64,000 nucleotides of DNA from a virus, in the IMG/VR virus record IMGVR_UViG_3300049484_000177, positions 34,384 through 98,383 of that record; one strand, 5' to 3'. The notes under the pieces were generated by a model. That model worked only from the letters and a program-made list of their open reading frames with translations. It was not told where the DNA came from and made no database searches. Position 1 is the first letter of the stretch, and each line of letters starts with the position of its first letter. The position numbers were made by a program, and so were the translations under genes. Positions 30,137 to 39,046 of this stretch are shown here, one piece after another.

Positions 30137-30447
30137 ATGTTTCAGCTTAGCCTGGAAGACATGCGGTCGTTGTGCGGCGGAAAGTCGCACTCGTTTGAGA
30201 TCGGTAAGGCGTATCTGATTTTCGTACGGTGACGATGCACTATACGAGACGTGTGGTTGCCGTGACGGACAGTGACGTGGTTCTTGAAGACGCAGCGTGG
30301 ATCGCAGATACAGGGAGGTACGCCAACTCACTATCGGAAGGTGTGCTCTCGGAAGTCGAGCCATATCCAGGGTGAGTGGCGGTTTGTCGAGGTGGCATGA
30401 TCGACTTCGCGGAGTGAACATTTTCACTGCCGAGGAATCAGAAATGA
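30137..30447 (+). pseudogene. disrupted DUF6948-like (Sm-like) gene
   Basis: FEIGKAYLI|RTVTMHYT...LEDAAWIADTGRY; frameshift near 30220; in-frame TGA at 30373 and 30415. Confidence 0.7.
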
Positions 30448-30530
30448 ATCAAGCATTTTTGAGAACCGGATTTGATATGTCGTGGTCGCGGTCGCGGTCG
30501 TGGTCGTGGTCGTGGTCGTGGTCGGGGTAA
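30444..30530 (+). CDS. Ser-Trp/Ser-Arg repeat micropeptide (28 aa)
   Basis: MNQAFLRTGFDM(SW/SR)7SG; ATGA-coupled to the pseudogene. Confidence 0.55.
   Translation: MNQAFLRTGFDMSWSRSRSWSWSWSWSG
30480..30527 (+). repeat. hexanucleotide tandem repeat (TCGYGG x7 plus TCGGGG)
   Basis: Directly visible. Confidence 0.95.
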
Positions 30531-30558
30531 CTCCTACCCGCAGCGCTGGAGGTATAAA

Positions 30559-30768
30559 ATGATTGTTGTCATTCGAGCATTCAATAAACAAGGATACAAC
30601 AAAGATATCCTGGTGATGAGCGAACACCAGATACATCGGAGTGATAATCGGATAAAGTCACCTCTGTTGAGCACTCTTTCTGGGCTAATTGGAGTGGGTG
30701 CTGCCATCATACCTACTGATTTTCCAGAAATGGAACGTTTTGAAGTAGTGATCAAAACGGAATCGTGA
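30559..30768 (+). CDS. hypothetical protein
   Basis: GGAGGT RBS before MIVVIRAF. Confidence 0.55.
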   Translation: MIVVIRAFNKQGYNKDILVMSEHQIHRSDNRIKSPLLSTLSGLIGVGAAIIPTDFPEMERFEVVIKTES

Positions 30769-30778
30769 AGGATAAACC

Positions 30779-31348
30779 ATGAGCAACATGAATATTCGAT
30801 CATCACTAGACAAAGCTAATTTCGACTATCAACGATCGCTGAAGGCAGTTGAGGAGGAGCAAACCAGGATACAGCAATTCCAACAATCCCTAGCCGACTG
30901 CCAGACAGCGGTTTCTATCGTTCAAACCGTGGCTCAGTCCATCGAGCAAGCCGTCCACAATAAGATAGCGGTCGTCGTGAGTAACTGCTTGGAGGCTATC
31001 TTCGACGATCCTTACACCTTCAAGATCACCTTCGAGCGGAAACGAAACCGAACAGAGGCCCAGCTACTCTTCACTCGCAACGGCATGGACGTTGATCCTA
31101 TGACCGCTGCGGGTGGGGGTGCTGTGGACGTAGCTGCCTTCGCTCTTCGGGTGGCGTGCCTCACAATCCAGAAGCATCTCCAGCAGGTCCTCATCTTGGA
31201 CGAGCCGTTTCGTTTTGTTAGTCGTGAATTTAGACCCAGGATACGTGCTTTAATCGAAAGTCTATCGCGGGACCTTGGTATTCAGTTCCTAATTGTGACG
31301 CACATGGACGTCCTCCGAACGGGCACCGTGGTCACCATAGGAACCTGA
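30779..31348 (+). CDS. sbcC: SbcC/Rad50-like ATPase, C-terminal half
   Basis: Signature-like AGGGAVDVAAFALR, Walker B LILDEPF, IVTH. Confidence 0.9.
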   Translation: MSNMNIRSSLDKANFDYQRSLKAVEEEQTRIQQFQQSLADCQTAVSIVQTVAQSIEQAVHNKIAVVVSNCLEAIFDDPYTFKITFERKRNRTEAQLLFTRNGMDVDPMTAAGGGAVDVAAFALRVACLTIQKHLQQVLILDEPFRFVSREFRPRIRALIESLSRDLGIQFLIVTHMDVLRTGTVVTIGT

Positions 31349-31689
31349 CTGTCCATCCCGCCCCTACCTACTCACCCAAGCATACCCCTCCCTTAGTAGG
31401 TCACGGTCTCCCCAAAGGTAGCACGAAATGGACGGGCTGTTCCCCTTCCCCACATTTCCACGAACACGGGAGCCCTCCCGTCCAATCCTTCCCCGTGGGC
31501 ATAGGTGGCTTGCACAGGACACCGGGTCTGGGGGAGGTTGTGTGGTCCCGTACACAAGAGACCCCCGAATCGATTCTAGGGGCATCCTGGTGGGTTTGGT
31601 GGGACTCCCCCTTCCGGGGAGTAGCCATCCCAAGAGGCCCCCAAAGTAGCTATTTATTGACCACGGAACAATTCTGGGGATTCCAACCG

Positions 31690-32340
31690 GATTGGACTAC
31701 ACCTAAAGGCATATGGAGCCTAAACTTGCCATGGGCAAGGACGCCCCGCGGGGGACCGGCAGTGAGCCGGGGGTGGCAGGAAGCCGCCTCAATGCTCTTT
31801 GGCAACACGGGCTTGGGGGTCGATGAGGGATGCAAATCGCCCCACCCCAGCCCACGAACATTACGCAAAACTGGTCGAGAAGCGCGGCTGCTAATCACAG
31901 GTTCCTCCAAGGCCCTTTCAGGTCCCGGCAAGACCGGGCATAGCTAGGAAACCCGGAGAGAAGAGGACAGCCGGTCGAGCCCAGGGTGGTGCAAAAGATC
32001 CACTGCAACGCGAACCAGAAGTAGCGACGGGTCCCGAGCGGATCATGGAAACTGGATTTCCCTTCCCTAGTATCTCTTGCTAGTGCCGCTCGCGGAACGT
32101 AGGGTCGTCAAGACCCCAAAGAAGGTTGCCAAGCAACTGCACTGTAGTCCCTCTAGTCCAGGTGGGTGCAGTTGGACAGGGCATGATGCCACGTATTTAG
32201 CCATCCCTAACGTTGGTTCGTTAACTCAATTTGCCGACAGCGTCGAGCGGCAGGACGCCGCGATGGGAGGATGGCACCTGTGGATAAACGAAGGGTGGAC
32301 CCGCTCCGGTCCACCCCGTACGGCATTGGTAGCCGTGCCT
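31690..32340 (+). ncRNA. candidate large structured ncRNA (~650 nt)
   Basis: No credible ORF; more than 10 helices, including long-range TTGGCAAC/GTTGCCAA and GGACTACA/TGTAGTCC. Confidence 0.6.
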
Positions 32341-32371
32341 AGTGAGTTACCATTTTCACAGGGAGCGAAAC

Positions 32372-32785
32372 ATGCAGACTATGATGTTGGATCTACAGAA
32401 TGCACAGATGCTGCTAAACACCATACAGGAGACTGGCCGAGCAGCCGAGGTTGATTGGGTCAACCAAACGATCCGCGTCTTGTCAGAGGTCAAGACACAC
32501 CCAACCAAAGTGTTGTCGTCCGGCCCGATGACATACCAGGATATCCTGCTGGAGATTTCCGAACGGGGAATCACCCGCACGGGCATCAAGCCGAAGGTCA
32601 CCAACCACAAGATCGAATGTGGGCTGTGCAACACCACTATAACGAGTGTTGAGGCAGCCATCGATGCGGGTTGGTTACCATCCTACTACGATGGGGACGA
32701 CGAGGTGCTCGGCCCGGTGTGCCCAGAGTGCACCAAATCCAAACTGGAAATAGACCCAGAAACGGAGGAGTATTTCCTGCGATAA
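32372..32785 (+). CDS. hypothetical protein with C-terminal Zn ribbon
   Basis: GGGAGCGA RBS; CGLC...CPEC. Confidence 0.75.
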   Translation: MQTMMLDLQNAQMLLNTIQETGRAAEVDWVNQTIRVLSEVKTHPTKVLSSGPMTYQDILLEISERGITRTGIKPKVTNHKIECGLCNTTITSVEAAIDAGWLPSYYDGDDEVLGPVCPECTKSKLEIDPETEEYFLR

Positions 32786-32793
32786 TGAAATGA

Positions 32794-32877
32794 ACTGCTC
32801 GAATCCGAGGGGCTGCGGAACAGCCCTGAGGACCCGTGCAGTACGGGAGTTAGTAAACCATAGGTGAGGAGCGAACG
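32794..32877 (+). promoter_or_regulatory. repeated two-hairpin leader, copy 1
   Basis: ACTGCTCGAA-hairpin-CCCGTGCAGTACGGG-AGTTAGT...GGAGCGAACG-ATG. Confidence 0.85.
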
Positions 32878-33261
32878 ATGAAGACCACAGTAGAGAGAAC
32901 AATGAACCGAGCGATGACGGTTGGCGATCTGCTTTCCGAATTGGATGGCTTGCCGATGGACGCCCCGGTTGTGTTTGTGTGCGACTATGGAGACTACTGC
33001 CATACTCAACAAGCATTGCCGGTCAGCAGCATCGAGGTTGTCACAGCCGAACGGTTGTCAGACTCGGGGTACAGCAAATCGGGTGTTGAGCTGGTGGATG
33101 GACACAGTAATGTGTTCTACTGCCCCACCTGCGACGAGGAGTATGATGGGTTAGTGTGCTGCCCGAAATGCAAAACGGCATGTGTTACGGAGGATGGAAC
33201 CCCGGCAGAAACGGAAGAGGACGGGAGGAAAGTAGTGGTCCTGAAAATGGAACGGGACTAA
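32878..33261 (+). CDS. hypothetical protein with Zn ribbon
   Basis: MTVGDLLSEL motif; CPTC, CPKC. Confidence 0.75.
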   Translation: MKTTVERTMNRAMTVGDLLSELDGLPMDAPVVFVCDYGDYCHTQQALPVSSIEVVTAERLSDSGYSKSGVELVDGHSNVFYCPTCDEEYDGLVCCPKCKTACVTEDGTPAETEEDGRKVVVLKMERD

Positions 33262-33307
33262 CGGAAAGAAAGTTAGGGGAACTTTGGAAAAAGGGATTCC
33301 TAACTAG

Positions 33308-33336
33308 TTGACTCCCTACACCCAGTCGTTAGTATT
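33308..33336 (+). promoter_or_regulatory. sigma70-like promoter
   Basis: TTGACT-16 nt-TAGTAT with an A-rich upstream tract. Confidence 0.4.
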
Positions 33337-33513
33337 GTGAATGACCGGGAAGGGAGTAGAAGGTCGGAATTTTCTCCCACGGACGGGAGCGGATTGAAAC
33401 CAGCCAGACCAGGCTGGTAGGAAAGGGAAAGAAAGGGGGCTGATCGGGAAGGGTTGTACTCTTCCGATTACGACAGCCTCCCACAGTGTAGGTTCTCCAC
33501 AAGGAGCGATGGT

Positions 33514-33891
33514 ATGAAGACTCTCGAATCGTTTGATTTCGGATCGCGTGCGGTCAGCAGCAAGAAGTACAATTGGGACGAGATCCTGAGCGGCGAGATC
33601 GTGGTGCTCGAAGCCGGAAAGGACTTCGAGTGCAAGCCGGGAGGTATCCGGCTGACCGTGAAGAAGAACGCCGAGAAGTTGGGGTTGAAGGTGCGGTCGA
33701 AGGTGGTCGATGGCAATGTGGTCATCCAAGCCTTCAAGCCGACCGAGGAGGAGAAAGCCTTCTCCGCCGCAGCCAAGGGCAAGAAGGGTCGCAAGATGGG
33801 TGACGAAGACGAGGAGATCGAGGACGTCGAGGAGGAAGAGGACGAGGTCGATGTCGAGGAGAAGAAACCGACTCCCCGACGACGCAAGTAG
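33514..33891 (+). CDS. stand-alone YDW-type domain protein with acidic/basic tail (copy 2)
   Basis: KYNWDEILSG...GKDF...VIQA; strong GC3 codon bias. Confidence 0.8.
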   Translation: MKTLESFDFGSRAVSSKKYNWDEILSGEIVVLEAGKDFECKPGGIRLTVKKNAEKLGLKVRSKVVDGNVVIQAFKPTEEEKAFSAAAKGKKGRKMGDEDEEIEDVEEEEDEVDVEEKKPTPRRRK

Positions 33892-33926
33892 GTCCGTAAC
33901 TGGAACTGGACGGCGGGACGTACAAG

Positions 33927-33954
33927 AGGGGTGGGTGCAAACCCACCCCTTTTT
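33927..33954 (+). terminator. Rho-independent terminator
   Basis: AGGGGTGGGT-GCAA-ACCCACCCCT-TTTT. Confidence 0.9.
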
Positions 33955-33978
33955 GCGTCTTGTAGACACAGGACAAAG

Positions 33979-34065
33979 TGCTCGAACACAATGGGCTGTA
34001 GGTTAGCTCATTGTGCCCGTGCATTTCGTGCGGGAGTTAGTGACACAGGTTTTAGGAGCGAAACG
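33979..34065 (+). promoter_or_regulatory. repeated two-hairpin leader, copy 2
   Basis: TGCTCGAA-hairpin-CCCGTGC..GTGCGGG-AGTTAGTGACACAGGT..GGAGCGAAACG-ATG. Confidence 0.85.
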
Positions 34066-35265
34066 ATGAAGACTATGAAGAGGGAAGAGTTGGTTGCAAA
34101 GCGGGTAGGCAATGCAACGGTCGTCATGTCAGAGGCATTGGCTGATGAAACCAACGCCGAGGCATCCAGTATCACGCCCCAAGCCAAGTTCAAGATGGCA
34201 CGGGACGAGATGAACAAGAGCCTCATCGAACGGCATGACGAGATTGATTTGATACTGGTCGCTTTGCTGGCTGGGGAAAACCCGCTGCTCGTGGGTCCTC
34301 CTGGCACAGGCAAATCGCTGCTCATGGATTCGCTGATGCGATGGATGAGCAACGGGACCAAGAAGTTCAGCATACTACTCTCCAAGTTCTCGATGCCGGA
34401 CGAGGTCTTTGGACCTATCGACATCAACGGACTGAAGGCGGGAAAGTATGCAAGGGTCACGGTTGGTCGGCTGCCCGAGGCTCACGTGGCATTCATTGAC
34501 GAGGTATTCAAAGCCTCGCCCGCCATCCTGAATAGCCTGCTAAAGGTCCTCAACGAGCATCTGTTTCCGATTGGTGATGGCACCGAAAAGAAATGCCCGC
34601 TCAGAGAGGCATTGGCTGCGAGCAACGAATGGCCCGATGCATTGGAGTTGGGAGCCCTGTTCGATAGGTTCCTGCTTCGGAAAACGGTCCACTATGTGAG
34701 CCGGATCGGGCGGCGACGGTTGCTGCGGGAACGGAATCACGAACCCGTATTCAGCCACACCATCTCCCCCAATGAGCTAGACAAGGCTCATGACGAGGCG
34801 ATGGGACTGGAGTTGAGCGATCGGGCTTACGAAGTGCTGGACGAGATTCTGGCTGAACTGAATAAGGCTGGAATCGACCCTGGCGATCGCCGGATGAAGA
34901 AGGCGATCAACATTGCTCGTGCTTATGCCTACCTACGAGGGTCGGCATCGGTCGAGCCGGTTCATTTGGAAGTGCTGAAGTATGTGCTGTGGGTGGACCC
35001 AGAGCAGGAGATGAAAGCACACAAGATCGTCTGCTCGCTTTCCAATCCGGTCGGGTCGAAGATCACGGAGTTGCTTATGCAGGCTGCTTCGGTCGTGGAC
35101 GTTAGTGTTCCCGAAGAGGCGGTAAGCAAGCTGCAGGACATTCAGAAGCAGCTCAAGGAACTTCCGGATCACGATCGGCGGGAGTTGGCGGTACGGTTCG
35201 TCGGCAACGAGATTAAAAAGCAGTACAAAAAGATCACGGGGCTGGACGAACAATCATTCGAGTAA
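34066..35265 (+). CDS. MoxR-family AAA+ ATPase (RavA-like)
   Basis: GPPGTGKS, FIDEVFKA, ASNE, ALFDRF. Confidence 0.92.
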   Translation: MKTMKREELVAKRVGNATVVMSEALADETNAEASSITPQAKFKMARDEMNKSLIERHDEIDLILVALLAGENPLLVGPPGTGKSLLMDSLMRWMSNGTKKFSILLSKFSMPDEVFGPIDINGLKAGKYARVTVGRLPEAHVAFIDEVFKASPAILNSLLKVLNEHLFPIGDGTEKKCPLREALAASNEWPDALELGALFDRFLLRKTVHYVSRIGRRRLLRERNHEPVFSHTISPNELDKAHDEAMGLELSDRAYEVLDEILAELNKAGIDPGDRRMKKAINIARAYAYLRGSASVEPVHLEVLKYVLWVDPEQEMKAHKIVCSLSNPVGSKITELLMQAASVVDVSVPEEAVSKLQDIQKQLKELPDHDRRELAVRFVGNEIKKQYKKITGLDEQSFE

Positions 35266-35354
35266 ACTGCTCGAACCTGACGAGCCTCATGGACGAGGCT
35301 CAGACGGCCCGTGCAGTACGGGAGTTAGTGACACAGGTATAGGGAGCGAAACGC
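35266..35354 (+). promoter_or_regulatory. repeated two-hairpin leader, copy 3
   Basis: Fills the whole stop-to-start interval. Confidence 0.9.
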
Positions 35355-36779
35355 ATGACTAAAGAAACACAAGAGGAACTACTCAAAATGCTCGACATTG
35401 GTCTTTCCGATGTTGGGGATGAGGAGTTATTGGCGGAGGGTCTGTCCTTCGACGAGTTTGGTCCCGAAGATAGGGAAGAGGAGCTATCCGAAACGGTTCT
35501 TCGACAGGATGATTGGGATCGAGCAGTAGGGGAGGAAGTTATGAGGCGGCACAGCTTAGGCGACGACGCTAAAGCTGTGGCTGACTTCCACAGCGCCTCA
35601 TACCATCTGTCACCAGAGCCTGCTGGCAAATGTATCAACAAACGTCGGCAGGAATTCATGGACACACTGATGGAATCTCCCGAGTACAAGCAGCTACACG
35701 AATCTACTCGCCAGAATCGTCTGGCTAGTGAGGTGGCTGCTGTACGGTTCACAAGGCAATACCAAGCCTTGGTAGAGAAGGATAAGAAGAATCCACCTGC
35801 CGGGATGGGATTGCCTGGTGAGGGAGAGGGAGAACCGGATGGGAACGTCCTAGTGGCGGTTGGTAAGGCTGTGCAAGGGGCACAGGAGGAAGTGGATCAG
35901 ATCGAAGATATGACTTCCGCCTTGGGTGGGGATATCGGTGGCTTGGGACAGGGCGACGCAGCCCAGTCCGCGAACATCGATAAGATCCGCGATACCTACG
36001 AACGTCTCCGCGGTAGCAAACGGCTGCGGGACATCTTCGAGCGTGCTGGGGCTTACATTCGATCAGCCAAAGGATTGCAGAAAAACAAGACCCAGCACGG
36101 ATTCGACGATATCGTAGGAGTGGAACAGGCCGGAGACGTAGGACGTCTGCTGGCTAGTGAGTTAGCCTACCTCGACGACCCTGACTTGGAACTGGATCTG
36201 CTTCGGCGGATCGTGGAGAACCAAGCCATGTGCCAACTGTACCAAGGGGTCGAGGCACAAATGAAAGGTCCGGTCGTAGTAGTGGTTGACGAAAGCGGGT
36301 CGATGGCTGGTGCACCAATCGCCAATGCGAAAGCATTAGCATTGGCAATGGCATGGATCGCCAAGCACCAGAAACGGTGGTGTGCGTTGGTGGGATTCTC
36401 CGGTGGCACCAGTGGGACGATGTGTGTACTGAAGCCGGGTAAATGGGACCAATCAGACTTGTTAGATTGGTTGGATCATTTCTACGGCGGAGGCACCACA
36501 TTGGATGTACCGCTCGATAAGCTGCCCAATGAGCACTGGGCAGCAATGGACCCCCCACGAGGGAAAACGGACGTAATCATGGTCACGGATGCTATGGTTA
36601 CGGCTCCTCAGCGGATGGTGGAGCAGTTCAACGCGTGGAAGGTGAAGGAAAAGGTTCGTTGCATCTCCATAGTCCTTGGCTCACGGGCTGGGGACCTAGA
36701 GAAGGTTAGCAACGAAGTACATTGCATTCCGGGGTTGACCGTGGATTGCACGGCGGCTGCAAGTTGTATGTCAATCTAA
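35355..36779 (+). CDS. VWA-domain protein (ViaA-like partner)
   Basis: MIDAS DESGSM, GGGT, VTDA. Confidence 0.9.
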   Translation: MTKETQEELLKMLDIGLSDVGDEELLAEGLSFDEFGPEDREEELSETVLRQDDWDRAVGEEVMRRHSLGDDAKAVADFHSASYHLSPEPAGKCINKRRQEFMDTLMESPEYKQLHESTRQNRLASEVAAVRFTRQYQALVEKDKKNPPAGMGLPGEGEGEPDGNVLVAVGKAVQGAQEEVDQIEDMTSALGGDIGGLGQGDAAQSANIDKIRDTYERLRGSKRLRDIFERAGAYIRSAKGLQKNKTQHGFDDIVGVEQAGDVGRLLASELAYLDDPDLELDLLRRIVENQAMCQLYQGVEAQMKGPVVVVVDESGSMAGAPIANAKALALAMAWIAKHQKRWCALVGFSGGTSGTMCVLKPGKWDQSDLLDWLDHFYGGGTTLDVPLDKLPNEHWAAMDPPRGKTDVIMVTDAMVTAPQRMVEQFNAWKVKEKVRCISIVLGSRAGDLEKVSNEVHCIPGLTVDCTAAASCMSI

Positions 36780-36796
36780 CCAGGAGGAGAGAAACT

Positions 36797-37006
36797 ATGA
36801 ATGAAAGGACCAAGCAGATCGAGGAGATTTTGAGACAGGTGAGGGAGGAGGGATTTCAAAACGGACTGGCTGAGGGGTATAGAGCAGCAGAGAGGATCGC
36901 TATTCTGTGGGGTGTCAATCACAAACTGAAGGTGCCTCATTCGGTGGAATGGCTGATTGATGAATCCCGCAAGGAATTGGAAAACCTGAAGATCAAACTG
37001 ACATAG
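36797..37006 (+). CDS. hypothetical protein
   Basis: AGGAGG RBS. Confidence 0.65.
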   Translation: MNERTKQIEEILRQVREEGFQNGLAEGYRAAERIAILWGVNHKLKVPHSVEWLIDESRKELENLKIKLT

Positions 37007-37011
37007 CAGAG

Positions 37012-37121
37012 GACGCCCGAAAGGGCGTAATGCCCTACGATTGGTTATGTTACCAATCGTAACCGTTCCAAGGCGGCATTCATACCTATGGGCTGGTAGG
37101 TACACAGGCGAGGAGCGAGAC
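37012..37121 (+). promoter_or_regulatory. multi-hairpin leader ending CACAGG...GGAGCGA
   Basis: ACGCCC-GAAA-GGGCGT and TACGATTGGT/ACCAATCGTA hairpins. Confidence 0.6.
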
Positions 37122-38237
37122 ATGAACAAGACAACGAAGAGAGCCAAGCACGTGCAGGCGAAGGAATTAACCGCCGGGCTGAAGGGCATGAAGTGGCTGG
37201 GGGTTGTGATCACGTGGAACAGTGGACCGGAGGGTGCTACCCACGGACACAGCAAGGTCATGAATGCTTTGGGCGTTGCTGGTCTGGATACGAAGTACGA
37301 GCGGGAACTGTTGCCGAGAAACGCCTTTCAACGGGCAGCTAAGAAGCTGTCCGACGAACGGATCATCGACGTCTTCCGCGAGGACGAACGGGAGTTAGTC
37401 TTCCAGTTCACACGGAAGCATTTGAATTCCCTACAGTGGGAATTCCGCAAGGAGACATTCGTCTCCCTGAACAAGAACACCGGCAAGGTCCTGTCGGACG
37501 ACAAAGCCATTGCATTGGAAGCACAGGCAGAGGTCGACAAGGCTATGGACCTTCGCACCAATGCGGACGTGACCCGCATAGTGAATCGGTTGTTCGAAGA
37601 CCACGCCGATCTGATCCCAATGCGGGATGCTGGTGGTGTGTATTTCGTGCCGCAAGAGCATTGCGGGTTTGTCGCGAGGGTCGAGACATTCCTAACTCAG
37701 CTCGGTGGGCGAATCGACCAGATCCCGGTGCCTGCTGGTACGGCTACTGGAGACCGCACGATCCAAAACGCGGTTAGTGCCACGATGGCGAAGCTGATTG
37801 AGGACCATATGGATGCGGTCAAGAAGTTCGAGCCTGCTACAAGGAAAGATACCATCCAACGGCAGGCGGACGAGATCAAGCACACCCGGATCAAGATCGA
37901 AGCGTATGCTCATTATCTCGGTGAGCGGCAGAGCGAACTGATCAAGAAGATCAGCGAGGCTAACAAACTCCTGAAGGAGCAAGTGGAAGCGATCGGCGGC
38001 GGAGCCGAAGCTTACTCCGAGTATGATTGGAATACCATACTCGATGGCAAGGTCCACAAACTGGTCCAGGGAGAGGACTACTTGGCAACGACCAGAACTT
38101 GCTTGGTTATGGCAAGGGCCCATGCGAAGAAGCAGGGCATGCGAATCCGGTCGCGGATCATGGACGAGGGGAAGGCGATCGTGATGCAGGCGGTTCCGAT
38201 GAAAGAGGGAGACAAAGAGGAGAGCGACGAGGAATAG
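37122..38237 (+). CDS. DUF6744-like protein fused to C-terminal YDW-type domain (copy 3)
   Basis: LGVVITW...MRDAGGVYFVP; EYDWNTILDG...GEDY...VMQA. Confidence 0.75.
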   Translation: MNKTTKRAKHVQAKELTAGLKGMKWLGVVITWNSGPEGATHGHSKVMNALGVAGLDTKYERELLPRNAFQRAAKKLSDERIIDVFREDERELVFQFTRKHLNSLQWEFRKETFVSLNKNTGKVLSDDKAIALEAQAEVDKAMDLRTNADVTRIVNRLFEDHADLIPMRDAGGVYFVPQEHCGFVARVETFLTQLGGRIDQIPVPAGTATGDRTIQNAVSATMAKLIEDHMDAVKKFEPATRKDTIQRQADEIKHTRIKIEAYAHYLGERQSELIKKISEANKLLKEQVEAIGGGAEAYSEYDWNTILDGKVHKLVQGEDYLATTRTCLVMARAHAKKQGMRIRSRIMDEGKAIVMQAVPMKEGDKEESDEE

Positions 38238-38328
38238 ACTGCTCGAACCTGATGGGGCTCCAATGAGCCCCTGATGGCCCGTGCATTCTGTATGGGAGTT
38301 AGTGACACAGGTATAGGGAGCGAAACGT
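38238..38328 (+). promoter_or_regulatory. repeated two-hairpin leader, copy 4
   Basis: 34 nt identical to copy 3 at the 3' end; fills the stop-to-start interval. Confidence 0.9.
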
Positions 38329-38631
38329 ATGCTAACAGACAAAGAGAGAGATCGTATCCTGCAAGAGCGGGATCACGCTGGGTTCATCCGGCACCCGGAG
38401 TTGTGGCCCAGAACCTTCTTCCTGCCAGTCATCAAGGCTGGCGGGGCTATTCGCGACGGAGCGGATGGTGTAATCACCGCCCTCTACGGGTTCAATGTGG
38501 TTGTCCATGTTAACCTGTTCCTATTGCAGCGGTCCGGTAAGACACTACTGCAAGCAGTGAATGAGGGAGCGAAGATCAGCCGTTACGAAACAGTGGAGGC
38601 TCTGGTTGCGGATGGATGGGAGGTGGATTGA
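38329..38631 (+). CDS. hypothetical protein
   Basis: Follows leader; ends YETVEALVADGWEVD. Confidence 0.8.
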   Translation: MLTDKERDRILQERDHAGFIRHPELWPRTFFLPVIKAGGAIRDGADGVITALYGFNVVVHVNLFLLQRSGKTLLQAVNEGAKISRYETVEALVADGWEVD

Positions 38632-38840
38632 TGACCTCATCCAAAGACGAGAGGATTTTCCGTGAGGCTTGTAATGGCTACGGATTCACCGAGGTGGAGC
38701 AATCCAGTGATGGACTCTATTGCACTGGTTGTATGATCATTCACAAGCGGCCGACGAAGATGTACTCAAACGGCCAGCGTGAAGTTCTATGCAAGACGCA
38801 GGTTATTAGACTCTACAATCCGGAGGAGGAGGTAGACTAA
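38631..38840 (+). CDS. hypothetical protein
   Basis: GGAGGT RBS, coupled. Confidence 0.65.
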   Translation: MTSSKDERIFREACNGYGFTEVEQSSDGLYCTGCMIIHKRPTKMYSNGQREVLCKTQVIRLYNPEEEVD

Positions 38841-39046
38841 TGGAGTTACATCACTACGTTGTCGTGATGCGGGTGAGGCCACGGCTGGCCGTATCGAAGG
38901 AGGAGGGAGCTTTCGACGTGATCGTTGATATAGGTGCGGTTAACGATCTATCGGCCCGGAAGGGCTCGATGGAGTTGGCCTGGTACAATGGCCATCTGGT
39001 GAACGAGATCAAATGTGTTAGCGTAGCAAAGGAGGACGAAGAATGA
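38840..39046 (+). CDS. hypothetical protein
   Basis: GGAGG RBS, coupled. Confidence 0.65.
   Translation: MELHHYVVVMRVRPRLAVSKEEGAFDVIVDIGAVNDLSARKGSMELAWYNGHLVNEIKCVSVAKEDEE

Noticed and set aside
30373-30417. Stop-codon reassignment (TGA read as Trp)
   Set aside because: TGA and TAG terminate many intact genes with ATGA coupling, and the same gene also has a frameshift
30472-30558. RGRGRG N-terminal extension of ORF 30472-30768 and antisense poly-Thr ORF
   Set aside because: Alternate frames of the hexamer repeat; better RBS-linked starts exist at 30444 and 30559
31364-32340. ORFs of 70-150 aa in the GC-rich gap
   Set aside because: No RBS, Pro/Gly/Arg-biased, mutually overlapping; better explained as non-coding
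35277-35352. Hammerhead ribozyme (CTGACGAG ... CGAAAC; also CTGATGAG at 39299)
   Set aside because: GAAA does not follow stem II, no stem I/III or cleavage triplet fits, and other leader copies lack the core
32794-38328. CRISPR array or integron attC cassettes
   Set aside because: Repeats are separated by whole genes; no cas or integron integrase, and no RYYYAAC/GTTRRRY boxes
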